In this document: in pieces, positions 32,536 to 46,187 of the stretch
How the letters are laid out: each line of letters starts with the position of its first letter
Numbering within the stretch: the first letter of the stretch is position 1
NCBI GenBank assembly: GCA_036172245.1
Contig: JAYWIR010000033.1
Coordinates: forward strand, 2,356,001 to 2,420,000
DNA from: Raillietiella orientalis
Lineage: Eukaryota
DNA length: 64,000 nt
Direction: 5' to 3'
Position numbers and translations under genes: made by a program
Notes under the pieces: model-generated
Seen by the model: only the letters and a program-made list of their open reading frames with translations
Databases searched by the model: none
Told to the model about the DNA's origin: nothing

Positions 32536-35500
32536 GGATTTTAGGGATTTTTTGATAGTGGGTGTATTAGGAAGAGGCTGTGGATGTGTATGTTTAATAT
32601 TTTTTTTCTTACGGAGGCAGATGGTTGTTCCGACTTGGTTCCGAGCGTTTTTGTAAGAATCCACGTATTCAACGGCCAGTCGCTACAATCTTTGACCTTT
32701 CACTGGCGGTGTAGAAAGGTTGTATATTGTTTTGTGTTTGCCTGAAAAATGTGTTTGAAGGCTTGGAGTCATAGACTGATAGGAGTGATGCAATTTGGTT
32801 GTTTTTGTCATTATTTTACGTGTATTCAAGCTCACACGCAATGCAGCATGCTGGATATCCAAATGGTGGGAAGTCTATAATAGATATAATGTATGTGTGG
32901 GGAAAGGAGCTGACTTTAGAGAAACCTCTGGAAGGTTGTGCCATGCTTTCATTTTGTGAGCATCCGTTACATGAAAATCTGTTTGCGGTTCGAAGGACCT
33001 GCTCCATATACAATACATGAATTAGCGAATTTCAATACAAATAAGTAAATAAGCGAAACTAATAATTATATACTGTGAAGGTGCTTCGAATGGGCCTTCA
33101 CAGTATTGGGTGTTCCACAGCTCGTGTTTGCAGCAGCTCTGGTTTTCCTCCGGACATTGATTCATCCTGATGCCGATATGTCTGTGGGGAATATGCAGTT
33201 GTTTCTGGAGCGTACAAAAGTCTTATTTTTTTGTTTAAATTGTCTGTTAATCGGAAGTTTAAGGCGAAAAGGATGCGCAGCTTTATGTGGCTGGATCTGG
33301 CCGGATCACGAAGATGTGTCGCGAAGTAGAAGGATGCTAAGTTGCGTCTAAGACAGATGTATTTCTGAAAGTCGTTGAATGTTGTAAAGGTAAACAGATA
33401 CTGGTTGTTGAATTCGTAGAAGCTCACCTACGACCATATTCAAAAAACCCTGATCATGCTACTGTAGCTAAAAAAGTGTTTGTTAATTTAAGGTTTTCTC
33501 TTAATCCAGTTGTGTTTCAGTTGCATGAAATAATTTTCCTACGGTTGCCAACGGCTCAGTAATTGCGTATTCAAATATCTGATCTCCAAAACTAGTTAGT
33601 ACGTTAGTTTCTGTTGTTTGCTGCTGATGGTTATTTCCTGTTGATGACAACGGTGCTTGCGATATATAAAATCCAAGAACTGCAGTTCCAAAAACAGCAC
33701 GAACTCTGAGTGTCATTGGGAACATAATCTGAGGAAAATCAGCATTCAGTGATCACATATAATGTTTAAAATCCGAGGTAAGCACATCTGAATCTATGAA
33801 TTAAGTATACTAACATATTCTCGATTTATATCCATGATGGACATCCGCTTCTATGATTTCATTCCACCAGGTTTATACTGTTGGGTCTCCAAGTATACAC
33901 TACAGGTGTGTCTGAATTATGAAAGAATTGGAAGCAGAGCTCGTTTTTCTGCTACATAACTGTTAAGCAAAAGCAAACAATTTGCTGGATTCTTTGTGCA
34001 AACATCCCCGCTTCGAGAATATCCAATAATAATAATAACGATTATCTCAATATGATTGATTATCACGTAGGATAATTCACTGTCTCCACACACAAATTGT
34101 GAAAAGCTGATAAATGTTAAAATAAAAAAAATGCCTTCGAGTGACTTCAAACGTCACAAATTAAATTAATTTCACTTAAATGACTAACGAGGCATGAAAC
34201 ACTGATAAATGTAAATCCATTGTGCTAAAAGACTCTGGGGCTTGATGTTATGTTTGGAAAACGTACTGGGAAACGTACTGCAAATAGCATGAAGGCTGAA
34301 AAGTAATCATAGAGGTTGAAAATTTGGATGTTTAAAATTAATGGCAAGTAGACTGAGGACGAGAGGAATTGGAGCTAAAAAAGAGTCTTTATCCCAAGTT
34401 TTTGATGGCTAAATTACACGAAGCAACGAATGTGATGATTAAAAAATGTCAGAAATATTTCACATGAGTCATTGCACGTTTTTCTAAGAGTTCAGTCTAA
34501 TGTTAATAGACAAACAGTTATGATGATCCTTTTTTTCAAATTTTTTTTTATCGCAGTGCTTTTTATTGTGAGACTCTTTCAAATAAAAGAAGGTACGGCG
34601 GTCACCGTGAGGTTTCAATTTCATGAAAGAGCATTTCCACTACTAAAATGATGTTATTTTTTTTTTTACTGCAGTTCGATCAATTGCTAGACTTAAATGA
34701 GATTTATCGATGAATTAAAAAATCTTCGCCGTCGAGTGTTCCGTGTTGTGTTCCTCATGTCGCATAAGCTTTGGCTGTGTGTATGTTAAGGAAAGAATGA
34801 AATTACATTTGCAAGCAGATCGGTTTCATGATATGAAACCATTAAGGGATACTAACAATGAGCGAGAATACTATCAAACTCAGCAGAATGCAAATTTGAT
34901 TTCCATATGATGCCATCGAGGATTTCAGATCTACCAAGGTGGGCACTGCTTTCCAGCTGTTCCTATCATTCTTAATGTTAGATTCGACAATTCATAAGAA
35001 TCGTCACATTTGCTCCTCTGCTGGATACACGATCTTTGATTGCTTTGTTGCTAGAATGCAAAAGTACGAATTGCCTACTACGTTACAGTACAAGTACCAT
35101 ACCTAGCAGTGATACATGCCCTGCCTTGTGTATTACGTTCGAAGGGATGTTGTTTCCCGAAAGCGGTGCAACTTGTACTCAGAGAGTAATTTTGTAGCCA
35201 CAGCCGAGCATGTACGTTGATCAAAAATGAGGAATTCCAAGTTGAATCCAATTTTACGTAGATTGCAATTTAATTTAGCGGAATGCAAATGTTGCCTGAT
35301 GTGCATGCTTTGGAGATGGTGAGAACCCTGGCCTAGCGCTTCCGATGTTACCCAACCTCACTATGTTTCAAATGTGGGGGGGTTGAAGTGTTGCTGGTCA
35401 GTGGATTTCAGTTACGATTTTTGGATTCATGGTTTAATAAGAGAAAAAGATCTGCATGTATGTGTATGAGGAAAAGGAAAGCGTATGTAGCTTGAATTAC

Positions 35501-36585
35501 TTTCAATTGGCATTTATTTCACCAATTCCCAGCATCTCATTTCAGTGATTGCTTTCATAATCGTTCTGGCACGGATTGGTACCGTATTTTGCATACTGAT
35601 TACAGGCATGTCATGTTACCGAATTAATAGCACTGCCTGCATACAAAAACACTTCCTAACATGTCTCACTAATTATTTCTTGTGTTATTAATTAAATTTA
35701 AAAATTTCCAAAATATTACCAAAATTGTTTATCATCCGTTATTGCTTAATTTTCATTTCAGCAGCTCTATTAATTTCTCCGTAAACGTGTGATTGCTACT
35801 GTTTTCTCGTAGCCTAAATTTTCTGTCATCATAAGTCAATTTATCAGTTACGTTTCGTTATATTATGTTCTATTACATCATCTAATAAGCAAAGCATCAA
35901 AGAATATCGATTGTCATGGTTGTGATTTCGTGTGTTTGGTAAAATATCAATGATCTCCACAATATTTCAGCCTATTAAAATCATTGAGAACCAGTGCTAT
36001 AATGAAACCATAGTCATAATCATTAAGTCATAATCATTCAATGTGATTTTTTATACAGCATATTTATTAATTTTCATGTGATTTTATCTTTCCATTTTTA
36101 AAGAATTTTTCCTGCAAGAATTTGATTTATTTTTCCTATATGTATCTTCTTCCTCATAAATTCATTTCAGATGTAACTCACTGATTAGTGTAAAATATGT
36201 TTTTTTTTAAACTTGCATTATGTTGTAGCATATCCAAAATGTATGCAAACTTGATAAGAAGATTGTCTACATCTTTTGATGAGATTTGTAATTTACAAAC
36301 GTTTTCTCGATGCTCTCATTGAAACATACACATAACAGGTACTCTATTTTGAAGTTTATTTTTATTGTTGCTTCCCATTGGAACGTTTTTATATTCATTA
36401 GTGTGTACCAGTACCAGATATGGATCATTTTTATTAGTATTACCAACAAATGTATCTTTTCATTGTCAGAATTCGTGCATTTTTATTTCTCTGATAGTGA
36501 ATATCAAAAGTGAATACATCATCTGATTTCTCCAAATGCCCTGGATGGCATGCATCAATTTCTCTCTCTCTTTATAGTTTCTGAA

Positions 36586-38475
36586 ATGGGTCGTTACACA
36601 GGAAAAAGATGCCGTTTGCTGTCAATGTTTGGCTTAACAAGCATATATTTCCTGGTGGAAATAGTGGTTGGATATGTCACAAATTCAATGGCCTTGGTTG
36701 CAGACAGCTTTCACATGCTCAGTGATATAGTAGCCCTTCTTATAGCATTTTTTTCTGTCAAGGTATAGTATTAAATAAATAATAATAGTGTGCAGTGTTA
36801 CTGATTCTTTGGGTGAATTTGTATAGCATGTATAAAGTTTGTTAATTTTATAGATATCACCGAAAAAATGGTCAAAAAATACTTTTGGATGGGCAAGAGC
36901 TGAAGTTTTAGGTGCACTGGTGAATTCTGTGTTTCTTGCTGCATTGTGCTTTTCTTTGTTTGTGGAAGCATTGAAAAGGTTGAGTTTTTAGGAATCACAG
37001 ATTGATCTTCAACACGGTATGTGTTTTAGATTCTATGAACCAGAAGAAATCCATAATCCTGAATTAATTCTCTATATTGGTGTTATGGGATTAGTGATAA
37101 ACCTTGTTGGATTACTTTTATTAAAAGGTATCGAATCAGAAAATAAGTATCTTACTCATAAATAAAATGTCATAATTTTTTGTATAGTTTTCCAGTTGAT
37201 TTATTATACTTTTATTGGATTCTATATTTGTCATCATATCAGATTGTGTATTTGTACTTACAGATCATGGTTTTAGCCATGGACACTCTCACAAATCTTC
37301 ACACCATATTCATAATTATGTGCTGGCAGAAGAGACCACAAATAATGAAGAGTGTCTGTCTTCAAACAGAAATGCGTCTCCTGATACAAAACCTGTTAAA
37401 ATTAAGTCTTCAGCCCAGATGAATATGCGAGGAGTTTTTTTGCATGTATTAGCAGATGCTTTGGGTTCAGTGATAGTCATTATATCTGCCATGATTATTT
37501 GGAAAACGAATTGGGAGTACAAATTTTATGTGGACCCTGCACTGACTGTCATTATGGTTGTGTTAATTTTAAAGTCTGTATGGCCTCTCAGTAAGTAATG
37601 CATGCACCTGTTTGTCAGGAGGGAGCTAGCATTCATTAAGTGTTGGAGAGTGGATTAATTTTGCTGCAAACTGTGCCTACACACATTCAAGTTGATGCCA
37701 TGGAGAAGAAGCTGCTTAATGAGGTTGCTGGCGTATTAGCAGTACACGAGTTCCATGTATGGCAGCTGGCTGGAGATCGTATCATAGCTTCTGCCCACAT
37801 CAGGTATTGCTTTCTAACTTATGCCCTACTTTAACCCATTTTTCGGTTTTCTATTTTTTGTTTTGTATTTTCGATACTGTAGCTGCAAATGTTGTTATTG
37901 CATTATTATTATTATTATTAAAGCATCATGTTAAGTCCAATTGTGCTAAATTGGTAACTATATGAATCAAGTACCAATATGCATTTCAAAGATTGGTTGT
38001 TTGATTCATGTGTACACTACAGAAGCAAGTTTTAAATATTTGTATTTTTGTATCTGTCGTAATGGAAGCAACCATTTATGTTTCTGTAGGTGTCATAATT
38101 TATCTGAATACATGATGATTGCTGAAAAGGTGAAAGAGTTCTTTCATAATGAAGGCATCCATTCCACTACTATTCAGCCTGAATTTGTAGAGGTATTCCG
38201 ATTTCGCTGTTTTGTTGATGGCTTATTTTTCTGTTCAGTTTCCAGAAAATTCAGAAGATTGTGCTCTTGACTGCCCTGCTTCTGCCCAGGATTGTCGGAG
38301 CTCTACGTGTTGCCCACCACCCAAGCAGGTATGTTAAATATTTATTTTCCACATGAAACTGTCTGTGAAGACTCCTTGGGAGTGTCGTCAGAGGATTAGT
38401 AGTTCAGTACAGCAGGGAAATGTGGAAGAAGAGAAGTTGAGTATGTCTGCTGGGGCTCATGAATCATGTGTTTGA
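36586..38475 (+). CDS. SLC30A1: Zinc transporter ZnT1/ZnT63C-like (CDF family), copy A (8 exons, ~395 aa)
   Basis: Exons 36586-36762, 36854-36978, 37030-37127, 37264-37590, 37641-37803, 38090-38192, 38239-38328, 38371-38475 (1188 nt). Motifs: SMALVADSFHMLSD (TM2 HxxxD), NTFGWARAEVLGALVN, His-rich loop HGFSHGHSH, QMNMRGVFLHVLADALGS (TM5 HxxxD), VHEFHVWQLAG, GIHSTTIQPEF, Cys-rich CALDCP...STCC, ends HESCV*. The last exon is less certain. Confidence 0.94.
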
Positions 38476-38569
38476 TGGGGACCAGCTGACTCTTTCTTCA
38501 TGCTGCTTCTCTTTGCATTGCTTGCCAGCCAGAATTTTGATAACTCAGATGCGATTTGAATGTCAAGCC

Positions 38570-38575
38570 AATAAA
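38570..38575 (+). promoter_or_regulatory. Candidate polyadenylation signal of ZnT copy A
   Basis: AATAAA about 95 nt after the stop, followed by T/GT-rich sequence. A second AATAAA lies at 38710-38715. Confidence 0.55.
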
Positions 38576-38768
38576 CGCTTCTTTTGTATCTGCCTTTTTT
38601 CAGATGTTTTTTGTTCAATGGATTTCCAAATTTTACTTACTCTGTGGTAGTGTTTTCATTTATTATTTCTTATTTTTCAGATGTGCAAGTCACCCAAATA
38701 TTTGATCAAAATAAAATGTTCTTTGAATGCTGTTTTTTAGTTAGCAAATACTAAAGTCAGTATTAATT

Positions 38769-41700
38769 ATGGGGAGATATACTGGAAAAAAGTGTCGTAT
38801 TCTGTTTCAAATTTTTTTAACTACATCATTTTTCTTTGCTGAACTTATTATCGGTCATGTGACTAAGTCTATGGCTCTCATTGCAGACAGTTTTCATATG
38901 CTAAGTGATATCATTGCCCTTGCTATAGCTTTCATATCAGTGAAGGTATTTCCATTTGTGTTTCCAATCTATCATAACACCAGTAAATTGATTTCTTTGT
39001 TCTTTACTCCTAGATGTCTCCAATGAAATGGTCAAAAGGTACTTATGGCTATGCACGAGCTGAAGTTCTGGGTGCTTTAGTGAATTCTGTATTCTTATTG
39101 GCACTCTGTTTCTCACTTTTCTTGGAAGCTTTGCAAAGGTACGAAATCTAATCAATCCTGTATGTTAAAGTTGCAAATCCATTCCTCTTTGTACATTCAT
39201 GAAATGTTCAACTAATAAAAAAGTACTAGTGATGATTCAGGTTCATGAACAATATTTATATATAAAATATCTAAACAAGCTTTCAATGTTACATTACAAG
39301 TCAAGTCCTACCAGTTTTGTCGCCAGAAACTGTACATTTAATGAAAAATCAACAATTCCGTAAATCTCCTGAGTTGGAAAGTGCAGCTTAGCATTGCAGA
39401 AGGTGTAGATATTTATTTCAAAAGTTAAATTCTATGTTAAAGCTTTGCTATGTAGAGATTTAACCTGTACATTTAAAACAATGAGTATTCAACCTCAAAA
39501 CTGTGAAGCCCATATGATATATCAATGAAAATTATTTCAAGTACATGCTTGCAACACAAAAAATTGTCAGTTTAACCAGGGTGTAGTTGTTTTTCTGAGG
39601 TTGATCCTTATAACACCATTTATCAGGCATGATTAGCCTTTGGTAAAGTTACTGAAAGCTAGTTTCTTTTACTTCACTTTGTTTGCACTCAAAACAAAAA
39701 TCATGTAGGGTATGTTCCATGGAATACTTTGAACTTTGAGAAATCCTTAAACCGTAGATGGTTATATAACTCAGATTCACCATTTCACTGAATGGCTGTT
39801 CTAATAGTTTGCTTCTCATGAAGCTGGCCTGGATTTTGAAATGAAAACCCTAACTAAAATGACAGCTGATTTCGAAACTGAGCATCATAGAGAGATGAAT
39901 ATGTGAGATACATGTTTACCTGTTCAAGAAATAAATTTGTTGGCCATTATTATCAGTGTCAAATGAGTAAATATTGGACCAACTATCACGTATTTGTAAT
40001 GGGGATACCAAAAAGTTTTAACTACTTATGTCCTAATGAAAAACTTTGAAGGAAATTTTTGTGATTAATTTTTGTGATTTGCGTTCGTGGAATGCATTCC
40101 CGGATTTCCGTAGACATTTTTAGAAAGCACAGTGTTCGAATACAGGAGAAAGTTCGTACGTGAATGAACTGCTGTTGTGCCATTCGCAAGGGTGAAACCA
40201 CCATTTCTCAGAACACCACTTTCCTTCAAATTTGGCGCAAGGAAATATTGGTTAGTTCCATACGCGTGTATACTTGGGAAAGCAAACTTTTGTCACCAAG
40301 TATTCGGCCTGTTTGGATTATTTCGGTAGAAAATTTGGAAAATTGCAAAACTCGAAACGGCATCGTGTAAAGTGAGAAGTCTGCAAACGCGAGCTCCAAA
40401 TAGATATGCATCCAACCTACCTGTGGCAATGATTGAAGGGAAAGAGAAGTTCCAAGGTCTTTCTGGAGTTCAGATTTGAAAGAGCATAAGCGGATGTACA
40501 AATGAGTCTCTTGTGATTTGCTTGATCATTGCTTCAAATAAGTGGGATGAGTGATCTTGTCAATAGCATTTGGTGTAGTAGTCCTCAGTAAGTGTGGTCC
40601 CTGCCATGAAAGGAGGACAGTGCATGCGAGAAGACAGCCGGCTCCTCACTGGTGTTACAGTACGCGTGGAACTTGATTTTTTGAAATCGTTAGAGATGTG
40701 TGACCGCGGTAGTTAATGAAAATTGAGAAGTGATTGAAGTGGCACTCGAAACTTTAATTTCATTTGCTGAAGAGTCACGCAAAACAAATGGGTCACTCTT
40801 TCAGTTGCATGGTCACAGTAGAGAACTCGAGCGATCCCGAGTGTCCGCCTGCTCGTAGACTGTATGAGAAAAGTGATCTAATGGAATGGAGATTTCGGTA
40901 TTTTGGCGTTTGTGGGTATATTTGGTTGCTCTTGTGGATGCAACAGCAGTGCATCCGACGAGATGAGGTATCCGACGTTCTCCCTGTGGTGACCGGGCAC
41001 CCCAATGCAGCAGGCAGTACACTTGTCTTTGAATAGCTTTCCTCACTCCGTGCATTTTGAATCTCAGTTATCCCTGCGCTTCGACGTACGTGGAAGGAGT
41101 AAATGACTGTGTGATAAATGGAAAAATGCATCAACGCGAAACTGACTAACAGTGCTTTGGTTTTTATTATCACAGTGCTTATTGAAATAATCATTGCAGT
41201 TTACGATGTACTCTTAATCAATTAGTCAACAATCTTTGATCAAATATCGGACTTCAGATTCCCTGGATGCTGAAGAAGGAACTTTTCACATCATCCTTCC
41301 ATCAAGGAGGATATAATGGAATAGAAATTTCGGTATTTTTGTGGGAGAGCACAAATTGCATCCGTCCATAAACGGGGAAAGTGATTCGGCAGTTGGAAAG
41401 CCATAATTGCTCTTACCTTAAAACGATGCATCCGCTTACTCATTTAATGTAAATGCCTTTTGCGAGTGATTGGCTGATTCAGATATGTCTAAATCACCTG
41501 TGAATTTAGAGATATAGGGGATACCTAAATTTTGCGTTTCTAATGGTATGTAAGTTCATTAGTTATGTCCAAGCACGGAAGAAAGAGCTGCACTGTCAGT
41601 TCTAAGATGGTCTGCTTGTGATCACACGGATAGGCGTTTGGCAAAATCTTTCCCTTACTGAGATGTCAAAAGCATAGCATCATCACATAAATATTATTGC

Positions 41701-44700
41701 AAAGTTTTCGGTTTTCTGCATAGAGGAAAGAAAGTTGCGTTGAGGTGTTTCGGTTACTGGGGCGCATCAGTATTTGAGTGAAAAGCTGCTGAAAAACTGT
41801 TCGTGCTGTGAAGGAACCCACTTGAGCGATTTCGGGCACGAAGAGGATGACCACAGTGCACGTTGCGGTCATGGAACATGAAACACTTGCGCGCCATAGA
41901 CGCAGAAAAGGGACTTTGCTCTTTGAGCGAAACGTTCATTGATTCTACGAAAATCAGGGCTGAAACATTTGAGCAGGGCGAAAACCTTTGAATTCTTACG
42001 ATCCAGACCTTGTACTTGGTGGGTTTGGTACTCGAAAGTCCATCGGATCATTCGAGATCAGGGCATTTGTTTCATGCATAGCTCATAATTTCCTTCCAAC
42101 TTCGGTCTTTTTCAGAAAAGAAAGTGGAAACTCTGAGAAATTCTGTGTACGTGCACGAAATCGGTTCCAGACGGAATCAGTTGATCCAATCGAAATACAA
42201 ACAAACGCTCAATATGTGTAGAAAAGTGACAGTACAGCGTGCTGTCGAAAATTGCATGCGATATATTCGCGACTGCAGTGATGGAGCTGCGAAATTCCAT
42301 TCCTTTTTTATTCATGATTGGGTCAGTCAGATGGGGTCACCGTTGCGGTTATGTACTGTAAAGAACAGTCCCGCCCGATCAGACTGCTACAGGGCAACAT
42401 CGTAACTTCATAAAGGGCAGCGTGTGATGCTTTGGCTTATGTTGGTGGTGATGAACGCTGATGGGGGGGTGCACGACTTCCCAAAGCGCCACTTTTCATT
42501 ATTCTGCTATGTACCGCTTTGTCATCCCGGGCTTACTGTACTTTCGTTTGGTTGGGGGGGGAGCGTGGATGTCCCTATCGAAGAAGTGATGATTTTTCAG
42601 ACACAGTAGAGACACTCCTGTGTAATGCGAAAAAGGAGTGAAAGAAAATGGCGTTTCCGCACTTGTGGACGGAGGACGAAAGTTCGAAAAGGCACGTCGA
42701 TTTCGCTTAGTGCAGTGGCCGTCGTGAAAGCCTTCCGGGTCACAAGAGTCCGCTTCCACACTTGGAATTTGTTTTCCTTGAACCAACGAATATCTGCGCT
42801 GCTCCTGGCCGCAAGAAGCGTGGGCGTTTGGCTTTTCACAAAAAAAACCTTCCTCGAAGTCCTGTGGTGGCTGATGTATTTCCCCGTTCTGCTCTTTTCA
42901 TTTTGCGACGTACCTGTGTTTCCACTTCCTTTGATGCTATGCTCTCATTGAATGATAAACTGACGAGTCTGTAGAGTGGCAAATTTCCTTCTCCGTCACT
43001 AAGGGTGTGTAATTTTTGCCCACCTAAAGCCCATAAAGGATTTGAACGAAGGCAAGTGAGAAGTGATGACATCTGTCTAGTACCACAGTCTATGAACCGG
43101 ACATCTTAGATTTTGGTTTTATACACGTAAAATGGAAAGGTCCTCAACTGAAGACCACTTTTTTGTGTGTGCGTGCTGTGTGTTTGGGAGACATGGGAGT
43201 CCCATCTCTAATCAAATTGGAGATTAAAGTGGACCTGGTGATACGCGAACCATCTGAAAATATTCAATCTTTGTTTGTTTGTTTTTCGGAACGAAATATG
43301 CGGAAACTGCGCCCGGAAAAGCATTTCCGAAGATCATTGATGTTAATTGCGTTTGTCTTTCATTTCTGAATATTCGTTATGTACTCGTTCATCTGCCTGC
43401 TTTTGATAAAACATCTTCAACCCTTTTATTTGCCTTCAACGAAGATTTATGTAGTTTTGTCTAGATTTTATGAACCGCAGAAACTGACAGATCCTCAGTT
43501 GGTGTTTTACGTGGGAATAGCTGGTTTGGTTATTAATGCTATTGGAATTCTCCTGTTCACTGGTAACACTTCCCATTCTTTCCTTTCCTATTCAGTCGCA
43601 CAAAATGTAAATGTGGCATCCTTCTCTGCCGATTCCTTGGCACTGTACGCAAATTCGATCTCTCATCCGCTTTCCTGAATGAAGCTTTTTATTAGTTTCT
43701 CAATTTTTTCTCAATGTCAGATATATCAGAAATGCATTTCACCCGCACTTTCATTTCATTTTGCATTTTCATTCATATATGAAAGGTCATGCTTACGGTC
43801 ATTCTCATGGATTAACTGGTAGCCGCAACCAGTTGCGAAGCCTGATGGCAACGGAGAGTATCTCTAGAGCTGAAGAAGAGGAAGACAGATGTCCGGAAGA
43901 GCACAACGATCAGATTCGATGCGACGTTCCTTCCGTGATTCCGAGGATTCACATGGAAATGAGTGAAAAGCCCAATAACAAAAATGCGAGTCCTCATTCC
44001 CACCACTTCCCCTCGAGTTCCCAAATGAACATCCGAGGAATCTTCCTTCACCTCGTTGCTGATGCTTTGGGATCGATAGTGGTTATCATTTCTGCAGCCA
44101 TAGTGTGGCATTTCGATTGGGAATACGAAGATTACATTGATCCTGCGTTAACTGTGATGTTGGTTTGCCTCCTAACAAAATCGGTTTGGAATTTACGTAA
44201 GTGGTCACGTTTTTCCTTCTCATTCCAAGAGGCACACTCGCGAATTGCAAGCGCAAAATGAATCTCCCTTTGAGGCGCTCGTTTCGAACTTCACGTCTTG
44301 CGTCTCACCCATTGAGGAGATCGCGCGAAACCCTCACCCGTGTACACGCGGGTCGCACGTTTGTATACGTACGTGTATGTCTGGAGTACGTGGGTGGGTT
44401 TGATGCAGGGAACGATGGTCGGATGAGCACATCCGCAGGAACCTTTCACAAGTTCGGCCTGTGTGTTTCGTGTATGCGTGCACGTACGTTCAGGAATGCC
44501 CGTGCGCGATATGATAGCTGGCAGGCATCCTTTTTTCAGGTGTGCATGAATTCAACGAGTGGTTGTTTTCAAAGGAGGGGAGCGGAACGTTCTTTTTCCT
44601 GCAAGTGCAAGAAATATGAAGCGAAGAGGAACAGCCAGATTTCAAGATGGCAACTTTGTGAATGGTCACACGGGAGGCTGTATTAGCCGTTGGACTTGGT

Positions 44701-46155
44701 GTCCAGGGTCGATGGTGTTTGGAGCATGCGTGACCAAGTTCCGTAACATGCCTCCACGTTTCCGAAAAGAACATGTGGGTCTTTGCGGCCGATCTTGGCT
44801 AGAGGACGACGCGTAGCTTCGAAACGCCCAGCGAGCATCTTTTCCTGGATGCTGCATCTTGTAGCTCCAGTAAATTTCCACAGGCTGGATGCGTGCTGAC
44901 AGACGTTCGGATAATGACAAGCGCAAACGGAATGCGCAATTTTGGAGGGGAAATTGCGAATTTTTCTTTCAGGCAGACTTCAAGCATTGCAACTCTGAGT
45001 GATCACAAAGAAAATCCGTGCGTCAGTCTATAAGAGGATTGCACACAATAAATTAAATCAATTTGCGAACCAAATTTATGATTTTCTTCCTATGGATCGT
45101 TCATCGGCTTACAATCGCTCGTGGATTTCAGTAAATTTCCAAACAACAGCGCACTGCTTCTAAGTAAAGAAATTTAATGGCAGTAATTTATTTCTAGCTA
45201 ATGGTAAATTGTTGGTTGGTAATCGCTGGCTATTTTGTATTGCATCGGGAAGGGCTGCTGTAAGCACCACAAGAAAAACTCTGCTTCCGTTCTAATGAAG
45301 AGCTCAGTAGAGGTAGCGGAAACACATGGATGTAGTTTGTGAGAAGTTCTTAAAGGGCACGGCAAGAAGCAGGGGATTTTGTAAAATACTGCAAAGTTCG
45401 GTCACCCGTTTGAATTTTCAATCAATCTTCTCCCAGTCACTGCACTCAGCTACGTCGCTACAGCAGCAGCTTCTCGCATTTGTGGGATCATGAGATCAGA
45501 ATCAGGAAGCATTAAAAAAAAGCCGGTAACCTGAGGAACGAGGATCGGGCTGGTGCACGAAAATGCCCTGACACTTGAAATTCTATGACGAAATCGCATA
45601 ATGTCACGAAGGGTAGTCTTGGAGGATGCAGAAGTGAAGCTCTTAAGATCTGCGAAGCTTGAGAAGGTCGCGTGGCAATCACAGGATGAACCCAGTCTCA
45701 CCGTGTTTAGAGCAAGAAGAGGAATCTGCTCACCGTCGGCATGTAGGCTGGTAATCTGCCTCCGGTTCTTGGAGAGAGAGCACTAAGAAGAAAATCAGTC
45801 AGCAGCGTGGTGACCAACCAGTCGATTCTTCCCGAATGGAATCCCACGGAATGGAGGAGCTTCGGATGGCCACGGTAGAGCAATTCAACTGCACTGTTGT
45901 CCCGATCTAAAAGTTTGCATTCGTCGATGAAGAATGGCTCCTGAAACAAAATTTGGGTATTTCAGTGATGCTCTCAAAATGAAATTCATGGGAATGTTGG
46001 AAGATTCCGTTTACCAAGTCGGGAAAACCCTTAAAATGTGCAAAGAGTGGGATTCTCAATGTGTGTCTTCACCGTACAGCCTCATTCATTCATGCATCAA
46101 GAAATTCTTATTCGAACAATCTATTCGATTACTCTAATATTGCTGATGCATCTTT

Positions 46156-46187
<32 letters not shown>

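Noticed and set aside
33501..34150. Signal-peptide-like ORF (33917-34150) and an exon-like ORF (33501-33725) on the minus strand
   Set aside because: The first has no ATG (TTG preceded by a stop), and I could not join them into an open spliced frame.
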